DNA from: Candidatus Omnitrophota bacterium
GTDB lineage: Bacteria; Omnitrophota; Gorgyraeia; Gorgyraeales; Gorgyraeaceae
DNA: 64,000 nt
Reading direction: 5' to 3'
NCBI GenBank assembly: GCA_042572045.1
Contig: JBHPFI010000002.1
Location: 28,245-92,244 of the forward strand
Shown here: positions 27,910-36,374 of the stretch, one piece after another
How the letters are laid out: each line of letters starts with the position of its first letter
How positions within the stretch are numbered: the first letter of the stretch is position 1
The notes under the pieces: generated by a model
Told to the model about the DNA's origin: nothing
Seen by the model: the letters and a program-made list of their open reading frames with translations, nothing else
Database searches by the model: none
Program-made: the position numbers and the translations under genes

Positions 27910-28413
27910 ATGGAGTTTTTTGAATGCTTAAAACAAAGAAAAAGCGTAAGGGAATATTCTGAAAAAATTGTTGAAAAAGAACTTATAAAGAAGATAATAG
28001 ATGCGGGCAGGGTCGCAGCCACAGCGAGAAACGAACAGCCATGGGAGTTTGTTGTTACAGCTGATAAAAAGATACTTAAAGAGATCTCGGCCATGTGCCC
28101 AAACGGCCCTTTTATCAAGGATGCGTCGCACCTGATAACGGTATTCTCAAAGGATACAAAATATTATCTCGAGGACTGCTCTGCCTCGACCCAGAATATG
28201 CTCCTTGCGATAGAAGCGCTTGGGCTCGGCGGCTGCTGGGTAGCGGGCGATAAAAAAGATTACATAGGCGCCATTGGAAAGATCTTCAACGTTCCCGAAA
28301 CCCACAAGCTCGTAAGCATGATATCAGTGGGTTACCCAAAAAAGTCGCAAGGGCCAAAGCCGAAGAAAAACATAGGAGAAGTCCTGCGCTGGGAAACATG
28401 GAAGACCCCTTAA
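27910..28413 (+). CDS. Nitroreductase family protein
   Basis: 167 aa. N-terminal RKSVREY and ARNEQPWEF motifs typical of the FMN nitroreductase fold. Confidence 0.85.
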   Translation: MEFFECLKQRKSVREYSEKIVEKELIKKIIDAGRVAATARNEQPWEFVVTADKKILKEISAMCPNGPFIKDASHLITVFSKDTKYYLEDCSASTQNMLLAIEALGLGGCWVAGDKKDYIGAIGKIFNVPETHKLVSMISVGYPKKSQGPKPKKNIGEVLRWETWKTP

Positions 28414-28444
28414 TCTGTGAAGTTTCTTCTGTGGCGAAGGCGGA

Positions 28445-28471
28445 TGACTCATTTCCATGTGTCAAGTTAGG
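28445..28471. repeat. Palindromic intergenic element, degenerate left arm
   Basis: TGACTcatttccatgTGTCAAGTTAGG. 31 nt after the nitroreductase stop. Confidence 0.6.
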
Positions 28472-28500
28472 AGAAAACAGAATGAACATAGGATTACGCC

Positions 28501-30933
28501 ATGTCAAAAAATAGCCTATGGAAGTTTTTAGATGACACAGGGACCTTTGTAGCAAAAAATCCTCATAAACTAAGGCGGCTCTACTTTCCCCTTGCCAATG
28601 AAGCAGGCATCCTCTCTTCTATTACCCCCACCTTACACGGTGATATCAAGATCGATCAGCATTCATTCTTAACTCCGCCGGTTTCCACAGAAGACTTGCG
28701 CGATTCAAGATACAATCGCAATTTCTGGGTATACATAAATGGCTTTGGCGCATGGTCAGCTGCTTCCGGAGAAACAGATAAGTCATTGGTAGAGGCCGGC
28801 ATGCTCTGGCATAAGACAATAAGAATCAACCGCCGCGCAGGCCTTAAGGCTGAGTTTACCAATTTTGTTCCTGTAAATGACCAGACAGTTGAGATAATGC
28901 TGGTTGAGCTGACGAATGTATCCCAAAAGCGCCTCGATATTACGCCAAGCGCTGCCATACCTATGTATGGACGCTCTGCAGACCGATTGCGCGACCATAG
29001 ACATGCGAGCGCTCTTCTTAATCGCATAAAAATACACAAATACGGATTGACATTAACGCCTACTATGAGCTTTGACGAACAGGGCCATAAAATAAACACA
29101 TTATCATATTTTGTATTTGGCTGCGGTGTCAAGGGCAATCCGCCGACAGACCTCTTCCCTACTATCCTTGAATTTTCAGGCGAAGAAGGCAACCTGGAAA
29201 AACCTGAGGCTATACTGAAAAATCTCTCGCCAAGCGCAAAGTCAGAATCCGCAAGACAGGGAAAAGAGGCAATAGGCGCTATAAAATTCAAGTCTGCTGT
29301 CCTCATGCCGAATAAATCTGTCAAATATATTATTGTAATGGGTATAACGCGGAAAGAGCGGCCTGAAAAGATATTTACAAAATTCAACTCTCAGAAAAAA
29401 ATAGACGCCTCCTTGTGCTTGAATAAAGCGTTCTGGACAGAAAAAATAAATTCAATCTCTTTATCTACTCACGACAAAGATTTTGACAGATGGATGAAAT
29501 GGGTAACGCTCCAGCCAAGTTTACGTAAAATCTTTGGCTGTTCTTTCCTGCCTGATTTTGATTATGGCCGTGGGGGTCGCGGGTGGCGTGACCTGTGGCA
29601 GGATTGCCTGACGCTCCTTTTAACAAATCCCCGGGATGTAAGACAGGCTCTCATCAACAACTTCGGAGGCGTGCGCACAGACGGCTCCAATGCCACAATA
29701 ATAGGCAAAACAAAAGGCCGATTTATACCTGATAGAAACAATATTCCTCGCGTCTGGATGGACCATGGCCTATGGCCATTCGTAACGCTAAAACTTTATA
29801 TAGACCAAACTGGCGATACAAATATACTTTCTGAAAAAGCTCCGTATTTTGAAAGCGGTAAGATCGATAGCGTACTCGAGCATCTGTTGTGCCAGCATAA
29901 ACGTCCTTTTTCAAAGATAGGCAGGCATGGAAACTTTCTTCTTGAAGGCGGGGATTGGAATGATGGGCTGGATATGGCAAAAGAAAAAGGCGAAAGCGTG
30001 GCATTTACAGCCGCATACGCGGGAAATCTCACAGATATCTCCAATTTACTAGAGAAAATAAAATACAAGAAGAAAACTATAAAAGCCCTTCGTCAGAAGG
30101 CCAGGCGCATAGAAAAACACATACGTAAAAATGAATGGCTAAAGACAAAATCAGGACATGGTTTCTTCAACGGATATTACGATAACCTGGGAAGGCGCGT
30201 TGAAGGCGACCATAAAAATGGCGTGCGCATGACGCTGACAGGACAGGTCTTCCCCATCATGAGCGGCATCGCAACAGATTACCATATCAAAGAAATCTAT
30301 AAGAGCGCAAAAAAATATTTGTGGGACCCAAAATTACGCGGATTCAGGCTCAATACTGATTTTGGCAAGATCTATCCTGAGCTAGGAAGGGCCTTTGCCT
30401 TTAGTTACGGGGAAAAGGAAAATGGTTCCTTCTTCAGCCATATGAATATAATGTTTGCCTATGCCTTGTATAAAAGGAATTTTGTAAAAGAGGGCTTTGA
30501 GGTGTTGAATTCCATATACAGGATGTCTATAAATACAAAACTGAGCAAGGTCTATCCTGGGCTTCCTGAATACTTCAACTCTGACGGAAGGGGTATGTAT
30601 TCTTATCTCACTGGTTCAGCAAGCTGGTTTGTGCTTACAATGGTCACTCAGGTCTTTGGTATACGCGGCGAGATGGGCAACCTCCTAATCTCGCCTAAAC
30701 TGGTTAAAGAACAATTTCAAAAATCGAAAAAGATTTCAATTGATGTGCATTTTTCTGGCAGGAAAATAAAGGTAAGCTACTTTAATATGCGCAAACTCGA
30801 CTATGGAAAATATAAGGTCAAAAAAATCACTATCAATGGGACGACTTTAACCAAGACGCCAATAGAAAGAAAGCTCTTCCTCAAGCTCACATCAAAATCT
30901 TCCAACAATAATATCGACGTCTATCTGGACTAA
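28501..30933 (+). CDS. GH94-like glycoside phosphorylase (cellobiose / chitobiose / beta-glucan phosphorylase family)
   Basis: 810 aa, a length typical of GH94. GGDWNDGLD catalytic-Asp motif and (alpha/alpha)6-type C-terminal pattern. Substrate is not assignable. Confidence 0.65.
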   Translation: MSKNSLWKFLDDTGTFVAKNPHKLRRLYFPLANEAGILSSITPTLHGDIKIDQHSFLTPPVSTEDLRDSRYNRNFWVYINGFGAWSAASGETDKSLVEAGMLWHKTIRINRRAGLKAEFTNFVPVNDQTVEIMLVELTNVSQKRLDITPSAAIPMYGRSADRLRDHRHASALLNRIKIHKYGLTLTPTMSFDEQGHKINTLSYFVFGCGVKGNPPTDLFPTILEFSGEEGNLEKPEAILKNLSPSAKSESARQGKEAIGAIKFKSAVLMPNKSVKYIIVMGITRKERPEKIFTKFNSQKKIDASLCLNKAFWTEKINSISLSTHDKDFDRWMKWVTLQPSLRKIFGCSFLPDFDYGRGGRGWRDLWQDCLTLLLTNPRDVRQALINNFGGVRTDGSNATIIGKTKGRFIPDRNNIPRVWMDHGLWPFVTLKLYIDQTGDTNILSEKAPYFESGKIDSVLEHLLCQHKRPFSKIGRHGNFLLEGGDWNDGLDMAKEKGESVAFTAAYAGNLTDISNLLEKIKYKKKTIKALRQKARRIEKHIRKNEWLKTKSGHGFFNGYYDNLGRRVEGDHKNGVRMTLTGQVFPIMSGIATDYHIKEIYKSAKKYLWDPKLRGFRLNTDFGKIYPELGRAFAFSYGEKENGSFFSHMNIMFAYALYKRNFVKEGFEVLNSIYRMSINTKLSKVYPGLPEYFNSDGRGMYSYLTGSASWFVLTMVTQVFGIRGEMGNLLISPKLVKEQFQKSKKISIDVHFSGRKIKVSYFNMRKLDYGKYKVKKITINGTTLTKTPIERKLFLKLTSKSSNNNIDVYLD

Positions 30934-30940
30934 CTCTCAT

Positions 30941-30980
30941 CCTGACTTGAGAAACCTTAAGTGACAAATGTGTCAAGTTA
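30941..30980 (-). repeat. 43-nt-type palindromic element, inverted orientation
   Basis: CCTGACTTGAGAAACCTTAAGTGACAAAtgTGTCAAGTTA. A 24-nt core is identical to the reverse complement of 34365-34388. It lies between convergent genes and supplies the stop of the 30978 gene. Confidence 0.85.
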
Positions 30981-31910
30981 CACAAAGTGTACTGCTTGCT
31001 TAATGTGCTTTGGTAGGTTACTAAGGCCTCTGTCCGCTATATCTTTCAGCAGAGGCGTGACCTGCATGCTATATCGGCGGGAAATATTCACGGGGTCAAG
31101 GCCTGGCCAACCCCAACAGGAAGTATGGATAACGCCGTCTACTACATAAGAAATATTATCTAGGTACGTAGGGCGCATTGTCTCTATCGGCGACTGTCCT
31201 AGCGGATTAGAAACTAAATCGAGAAGCACTGCCCCTTTTTTGAAAAGCCTTAACATATCACAGGTAACCAAAAACTCTTTTCCCCTTTTTTCCATGGGCC
31301 AGTTAATGGCATTTACAAGGATGTCTGTCCCAGGGATATGCTTTTCCATCTCTTTAAAATCTCTTTTATTTAATACCTCAAGGTGGGCAAATTTCCTGGC
31401 AGCGCACTGAACCGCGCCAAACGCGACATTGCCATATCCCATAATCTTAACAACGCATCTTGAAGGATCCCCTCCATGCAGCTCAAAACCCTTCTCCATA
31501 CCCAAATAACCTGACTGATAAAAGGCCTCTATCATGCGGCGGCCAAAGGGATCCTTTATCTCCTCCATTGCAATACCTGTTATTTTATATTTTTTCAATA
31601 GGCTTCTTAATTTGCGATTTCCTGGTAAATGCAGCATAGACATTATAGCTGAGCCAGATTTCATTAAATGAAGCTCGCGTTCTTCTGGTTCCTTGAGGCG
31701 CACGACCAAAGGGCATGAATAAATCTTCTCGGGCCCAACTACTCGGCAATTGTTCTTCTCATAATCAGCGTCTCTTATTCCAATCCCCTCCCCTGCGCCA
31801 TTTTCCACAAAAACGCTATGCCCGGCAGAGCAAATCTCCTTTAATTCCTCGGGTCTTAAAATCACCCTTTTCTCATTAGGCCTATTTTCGCGCGCTATAC
31901 CTATATCCAT
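30978..31910 (-). CDS. Alanine dehydrogenase / PNT-fold protein, N5-(carboxyethyl)ornithine-synthase-like in size
   Basis: 310 aa. N-terminal IGIARENRPNEKRVILRP...GHSVFVENGAG pattern and GYGNVAFGA dinucleotide fold. Its stop codon lies in a repeat element. Confidence 0.6.
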   Translation of the reverse strand: MDIGIARENRPNEKRVILRPEELKEICSAGHSVFVENGAGEGIGIRDADYEKNNCRVVGPEKIYSCPLVVRLKEPEERELHLMKSGSAIMSMLHLPGNRKLRSLLKKYKITGIAMEEIKDPFGRRMIEAFYQSGYLGMEKGFELHGGDPSRCVVKIMGYGNVAFGAVQCAARKFAHLEVLNKRDFKEMEKHIPGTDILVNAINWPMEKRGKEFLVTCDMLRLFKKGAVLLDLVSNPLGQSPIETMRPTYLDNISYVVDGVIHTSCWGWPGLDPVNISRRYSMQVTPLLKDIADRGLSNLPKHIKQAVHFV

Positions 31911-31924
31911 GACAGTTTATGCCC

Positions 31925-32968
31925 TTATTTAATATCAGCATAATAAAATTTTTTATTTTCAAAATTCTTAAATACATATCTTTTGCCTTTATGTTTAACA
32001 ATATAATTCGGCGAAAGAGGTATCTTGCCTCCTCCATGTTTCAGATCGATTATAAGATGGGGAATGGCCAGTCCGGAAGTATGCCCTATCAATTCCCTCA
32101 TGATTCTAATAGCCTTTTGTATGCTAACGCGAAAATGGTATGTACCCTTAACGGCATCAGGGAGATAAAGATAATAAGGCCTGACCCTGACCATCAAAAG
32201 TTCCTCAAAAAGCCTCTTCAGTATCCTGGAGTCATCATTCACCCCAGACATTAACACTGTCTGATTTCCCATAATAATACCGGCATCGGCAAGCATATTG
32301 CACGCCTCGCGACTTGCCTTTGTTATTTCGTGGAAATGATTGAAATGCGTATTAAAGTATATAGGAGAATATTTTTTCAGCATCTTGCATAACTCAGGCG
32401 TGATTCTTTGAGGCAATACACAAGGAGTGCGGCTGTCTATTCTAATAATCTGAACATGCCTTATCTGTCTTAAACGTTTAATATAGTATTCGAGCATATC
32501 GTCTTTAATGAGAAGGGGGTCTCCTCCGGATACGATAACGTCTCTTATAAATTTACGCCTCTTGATGTACTTCAGGCTTTTCTCAAACTGCTTTTTCTTT
32601 GAAACCTTATCCTTTAATCCCACCTTCCTTTTCCTTGTGCAAAAGCGGCAGTACCCAGCGCACATATTGGATACTAAAACAAGGGCTCGATCCTTGTATC
32701 TATGAACCAAACCCTCCATGGGCGTATATCTTTCTTCTAAAAGAGGGTCCTGCTTGCCTGCCTCATGAATAACTTCCAGGACATCAGGAATACACTGTTT
32801 CCATATAGGCCCTCCCTTTTCCTTGATCAGGCTGAAATAATATGGATTTATTCCAAGAGGGTATCTTTTGCTAACCTTATCTATTGTCCTTTTGTCTATT
32901 TTTAGGGCCTTGCTGAGTTTAGCGGTATCGGTTATAGTCTCAGAAAGTATTTTCTGCCACTTTTTCAT
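31925..32968 (-). CDS. KamA-family radical SAM aminomutase (lysine 2,3-aminomutase / EpmB-like)
   Basis: 347 aa. CAGYCRFCTRKR CxxxCxxC motif and SGGDPL motif typical of KamA/EpmB. Confidence 0.8.
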   Translation of the reverse strand: MKKWQKILSETITDTAKLSKALKIDKRTIDKVSKRYPLGINPYYFSLIKEKGGPIWKQCIPDVLEVIHEAGKQDPLLEERYTPMEGLVHRYKDRALVLVSNMCAGYCRFCTRKRKVGLKDKVSKKKQFEKSLKYIKRRKFIRDVIVSGGDPLLIKDDMLEYYIKRLRQIRHVQIIRIDSRTPCVLPQRITPELCKMLKKYSPIYFNTHFNHFHEITKASREACNMLADAGIIMGNQTVLMSGVNDDSRILKRLFEELLMVRVRPYYLYLPDAVKGTYHFRVSIQKAIRIMRELIGHTSGLAIPHLIIDLKHGGGKIPLSPNYIVKHKGKRYVFKNFENKKFYYADIK

Positions 32969-32987
32969 AGTCTTTCCCTTGTCTGGT

Positions 32988-33818
32988 TCAAGATATAATG
33001 CCCTGTAGTTCCTTCAGGTTTATAAAAGCTCCGTATTTTTTCAACAAAACTATCTTCTCTTCTATGCGCTGTATTTTATCTAAAGAGCTATATTCATAAG
33101 TATGGCTCAATACCGAAACTATTATATCACATTTATTTTTTATGGATATCTCTTTTAAATCATGCCCTATCTTCTCGATTTCCCCTAAAGAGATTTTCTC
33201 AAAATAAAGATATTTCCCTTCTGACGCGCCAACAGGAATCTCCCACACCTTGGAATGCCCTGGCTTGCGATGATTATCATAACTCATTCTATAATGCCTT
33301 TGGGGAGCGCCCCTCCAATCAGATATCACGCTTCCTTCATGTGTAAGAAACCTGCCGGGTTCGCACGAGAAATCAAAATAAATATCATTCGCTTCCAAGA
33401 TCCTGACCATCTCACTCGAAAAACCAAGAAAGCCTCCCCTGTAACAATTCAAGCTTAATCCGGCATTCCGAAAAATCTTTACCTGTTCAGAAATCACGCG
33501 TTTCATACGAGAGGTATCCTGGCAATAATAATGCCTGTAAGGATCATCCTCGTGACAGTGAAGGCCTACATCTCCGTCATTTTTTAAAATTTCTTTCCAG
33601 AGCTTTAAAAAATGGCTTTCGAGGAAAAAATCGCGGGCCCGAGGTGAAGTATGGATGAAATGAATAAAACGTCCTTCAAGGGTCTGTCCGGTTAGTTTTA
33701 TTTCGGAGCGTATTAAATCTTGTAAAGTCTCCTTTTTTGGGGCGCGCTCTTCCTCTGAAAGACTAATATCGAAATATTCCCCCCAGTCTCCGTCTATAGT
33801 AAAGACAAAATGCAGCAT
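32988..33818 (-). CDS. Polysaccharide-deacetylase-like (CE4/NodB-like) hypothetical protein
   Basis: Start reassigned to Met17 (ATG at 33818, GAGGA 3 nt upstream). FTIDGDW and LHCHED resemble NodB motifs TFDDG and H..xH. The assignment is weak. Confidence 0.4.
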   Translation of the reverse strand: MLHFVFTIDGDWGEYFDISLSEEERAPKKETLQDLIRSEIKLTGQTLEGRFIHFIHTSPRARDFFLESHFLKLWKEILKNDGDVGLHCHEDDPYRHYYCQDTSRMKRVISEQVKIFRNAGLSLNCYRGGFLGFSSEMVRILEANDIYFDFSCEPGRFLTHEGSVISDWRGAPQRHYRMSYDNHRKPGHSKVWEIPVGASEGKYLYFEKISLGEIEKIGHDLKEISIKNKCDIIVSVLSHTYEYSSLDKIQRIEEKIVLLKKYGAFINLKELQGIIS

Positions 33819-33870
33819 GGTTCCTCGCAAGTTACGCGTATTGCATGGCACACTTAAGCGCGCCATGCAA

Positions 33871-34281
33871 TCACTTAAACGTTGCTATAATATTTTCCTT
33901 TATTTCGCCTCGGATCTTTCTAAATACAGCCAGCTTTTTCTCATCATCACCTTCGGCCTCTCCTGGATCTTTCAGGCCCCAATGAATCTTCTCGCATTTA
34001 CCTGGAAACAGAGGGCAGCTCTTTTTGGCGTTGTCGCACACTGTAACAACATAATCAAATTCCTGGTTTAAAAATTCATCTATCGTCTTTGACCTTTGTT
34101 TTGAGATATCAATGCCGAGCTCGCTCATCACCTTTATACTATACGGATTTACGCCGGTTTGTTTTGTACCCGCGCTGTAAACCTCATAGCGCTCTCCGCA
34201 TAAAGCCCTCAGCATCCCCTCTGCCATCTGCGAGCGGCAAGAATTATAACTGCAGATAAATAACACTCTTTTTTTCTTCAT
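33871..34281 (-). CDS. arsC: Arsenate reductase, LMW-PTPase type
   Basis: 136 aa. VLFICSYNSCRSQMAEG P-loop plus downstream Cys residues (VTVCDNA...CP). Confidence 0.85.
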   Translation of the reverse strand: MKKKRVLFICSYNSCRSQMAEGMLRALCGERYEVYSAGTKQTGVNPYSIKVMSELGIDISKQRSKTIDEFLNQEFDYVVTVCDNAKKSCPLFPGKCEKIHWGLKDPGEAEGDDEKKLAVFRKIRGEIKENIIATFK

Positions 34282-34360
34282 ATTTATCTTTCCTCTGCCT
34301 ATCTTTCCTCATGTATTATATATCCCTCCAACACAGTTTGCAAGACCAAGTTCAAGCCCC

Positions 34361-34403
34361 CCTGACTTGAGCGTTTTGTCACTTAAGGTTTCTCAAGTTA
34401 GGG
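34361..34403 (+). repeat. 43-nt-type palindromic element
   Basis: CCTGACTTGAGCGTTTTGTCACTTAAGGTTTCTCAAGTTAGGG. Lies between the divergent arsC and helicase genes. 33/42 identical to 58351-58392. Confidence 0.85.
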
Positions 34404-34448
34404 AAAGTTAAGCTTAACTTTTCGCATTCTATAGTATAGAATAGTTAC

Positions 34449-36374
34449 ATGATTTATGATTCGTTTCAGCAAAAGGCCATTGATTACATAAAAGACGGGT
34501 ATTCTGTTATAGTCTCGGCACCTACAGGAGCCGGAAAAACCGTTATCGCTGAATATATAATAATGGACTGCCTTAAAAAGGGAGAAAGGGTGATTTACAC
34601 AGCTCCGATAAAGGCCCTTTCCAACCAGAAATTCCGGGATTTTCACGAAAACTTCCCGGAAAAGATAGGTATCCTTACCGGCGATGTAAGCATCAATCCT
34701 TCCGCGCCTGTCCTTATCATGACCACTGAGATATTCCGCAACAAGGTGCTTGAGGAAAAATCTAATCTTGATAATTATAGCTGGATAATATTCGACGAGG
34801 TCCATTATCTCGACGACTACGAACGGGGAACGGTTTGGGAAGAATCCCTTATCTTCCTGCCAAACCACATGAGGATGCTGGCCCTTTCAGCCACAATACC
34901 CAATATAGACGAAATTGCCTCGTGGCTCTCTTCCATACACAAAAAACCGCTTAAGATTGTAAAGGAGACAAACCGGCCTGTTCCTCTGCACTTTTTCTAT
35001 CAGACTCAAGGAGAGATCCTTGACAATCTCCACAGGGTTAATTCTGTCGCCTATAAAACGCAGAGATCTTATCGACATCACGGAAGAAGATTCTCGAAAC
35101 ATGGCCTATTAAAACCAAATAGGCCGAGTGCCCTCATCAAACATCTTTCTGAAAATGACAAGCTGCCCTGCATATATTTTGTCTTTGGAAGGAAGAGATG
35201 TCAATATCTCGCAGAGGAAGTGATGAGATTTGACTTCATAAATCAAGAAGAGAAACGGATGATACTAACGCTTTACAATAAACTATGCGTGCGATTCGAC
35301 ATTGAAAACGATAAAAGCGCGCAACTCCTCCTCCCTTTTATTGAAAAAGGCATAGCCTATCACCATGCAGGAATGCTACCTACCTTAAAAGAAGTAGTCG
35401 AGCGCCTTTTTACAAGCAGACTTATAAAAGTCATATTTACGACTGAAACCTTTGCGCTTGGAATCAATATGCCTGCAAGGACTGTTATTTTTGATGAACT
35501 CAGAAAATTCTATGGCAAATCCTTTGGCGTCCTTAAAACTCGGGACTTTTATCAGATGGCGGGCAGGGCTGGTCGGCGCGGAATAGATAAAGAAGGTTTT
35601 GTATATAGCCGCGTAAATCCTCATTGGACTTCATTTCAGGAACTGCACAAAATAATATATGGCACGCCTGAAAAGGTGCGTAGCAGATTCAATGCCTCTT
35701 ACGCGACAATACTCAACCTTTATGAAAGATACGGCGAAAAGCTATATGAGATCTATCCTTTTTCTTTTCATTATCACCAGGCAAAAAAACAATTTAGAAA
35801 AAAGGCCACAGACCTCCTCCGTTCCAAGGTAAAAATCCTAAAAGAACTAGGCTATATCAAGAAAAACCAACTCACAGAAAAAGGAAACTTCGCAGGCAAG
35901 ATATACGGATACGAACTTTCCCTTTCTGAAGTCTACGAAAAGGGGATCCTGGAAAAACTTTCTGAACTCGAGCTTGGAATCCTCTGTACGGCCCTTGTAT
36001 TTGAGCCCCGCAAGCGCAGTATCTTGCCGGAATTAAGCAAAAATGTGCGATCCCTGCGCAATACAACAGACAATGTCATCGATCGAATCCAAAGGCTGGA
36101 GAAAAAATTTGATATAAGACCTCTGAGCAAGGCCTACTATTTTCATCTCTCACCGTGTATTGAGGCATGGATGAAAAAAGAAGATTTCGATAGAATCCTA
36201 CGTTACAGTGATGCGGACGAGGGTGAAATAATAAGGTATTTCAGGATGGCAGTGCAGATACTGCGCGAGGTTTTAGACGCGCCTACTTCTTTGGAATTTA
36301 AAAATAAGGTAAAAAAGGTTATGCAACTTATAAACCGGGATATAATCGACGCGGAAAGGCAATTAAGGAGTTAA
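34449..36374 (+). CDS. Ski2/HelY-like DEAD/DEAH-box helicase
   Basis: 641 aa. APTGAGKT (motif I), DEVH (motif II), SAT, and QMAGRAGRRG (motif VI). C-terminal DSHCT-like region. Confidence 0.85.
   Translation: MIYDSFQQKAIDYIKDGYSVIVSAPTGAGKTVIAEYIIMDCLKKGERVIYTAPIKALSNQKFRDFHENFPEKIGILTGDVSINPSAPVLIMTTEIFRNKVLEEKSNLDNYSWIIFDEVHYLDDYERGTVWEESLIFLPNHMRMLALSATIPNIDEIASWLSSIHKKPLKIVKETNRPVPLHFFYQTQGEILDNLHRVNSVAYKTQRSYRHHGRRFSKHGLLKPNRPSALIKHLSENDKLPCIYFVFGRKRCQYLAEEVMRFDFINQEEKRMILTLYNKLCVRFDIENDKSAQLLLPFIEKGIAYHHAGMLPTLKEVVERLFTSRLIKVIFTTETFALGINMPARTVIFDELRKFYGKSFGVLKTRDFYQMAGRAGRRGIDKEGFVYSRVNPHWTSFQELHKIIYGTPEKVRSRFNASYATILNLYERYGEKLYEIYPFSFHYHQAKKQFRKKATDLLRSKVKILKELGYIKKNQLTEKGNFAGKIYGYELSLSEVYEKGILEKLSELELGILCTALVFEPRKRSILPELSKNVRSLRNTTDNVIDRIQRLEKKFDIRPLSKAYYFHLSPCIEAWMKKEDFDRILRYSDADEGEIIRYFRMAVQILREVLDAPTSLEFKNKVKKVMQLINRDIIDAERQLRS

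Noticed and set aside
34398-34868. A 156-aa minus-strand ORF overlapping the helicase 5' end and the palindromes.
   Set aside because: It is antisense to a helicase region with unmistakable motifs I and II. It has no recognisable domain, and it begins inside the helicase CDS.
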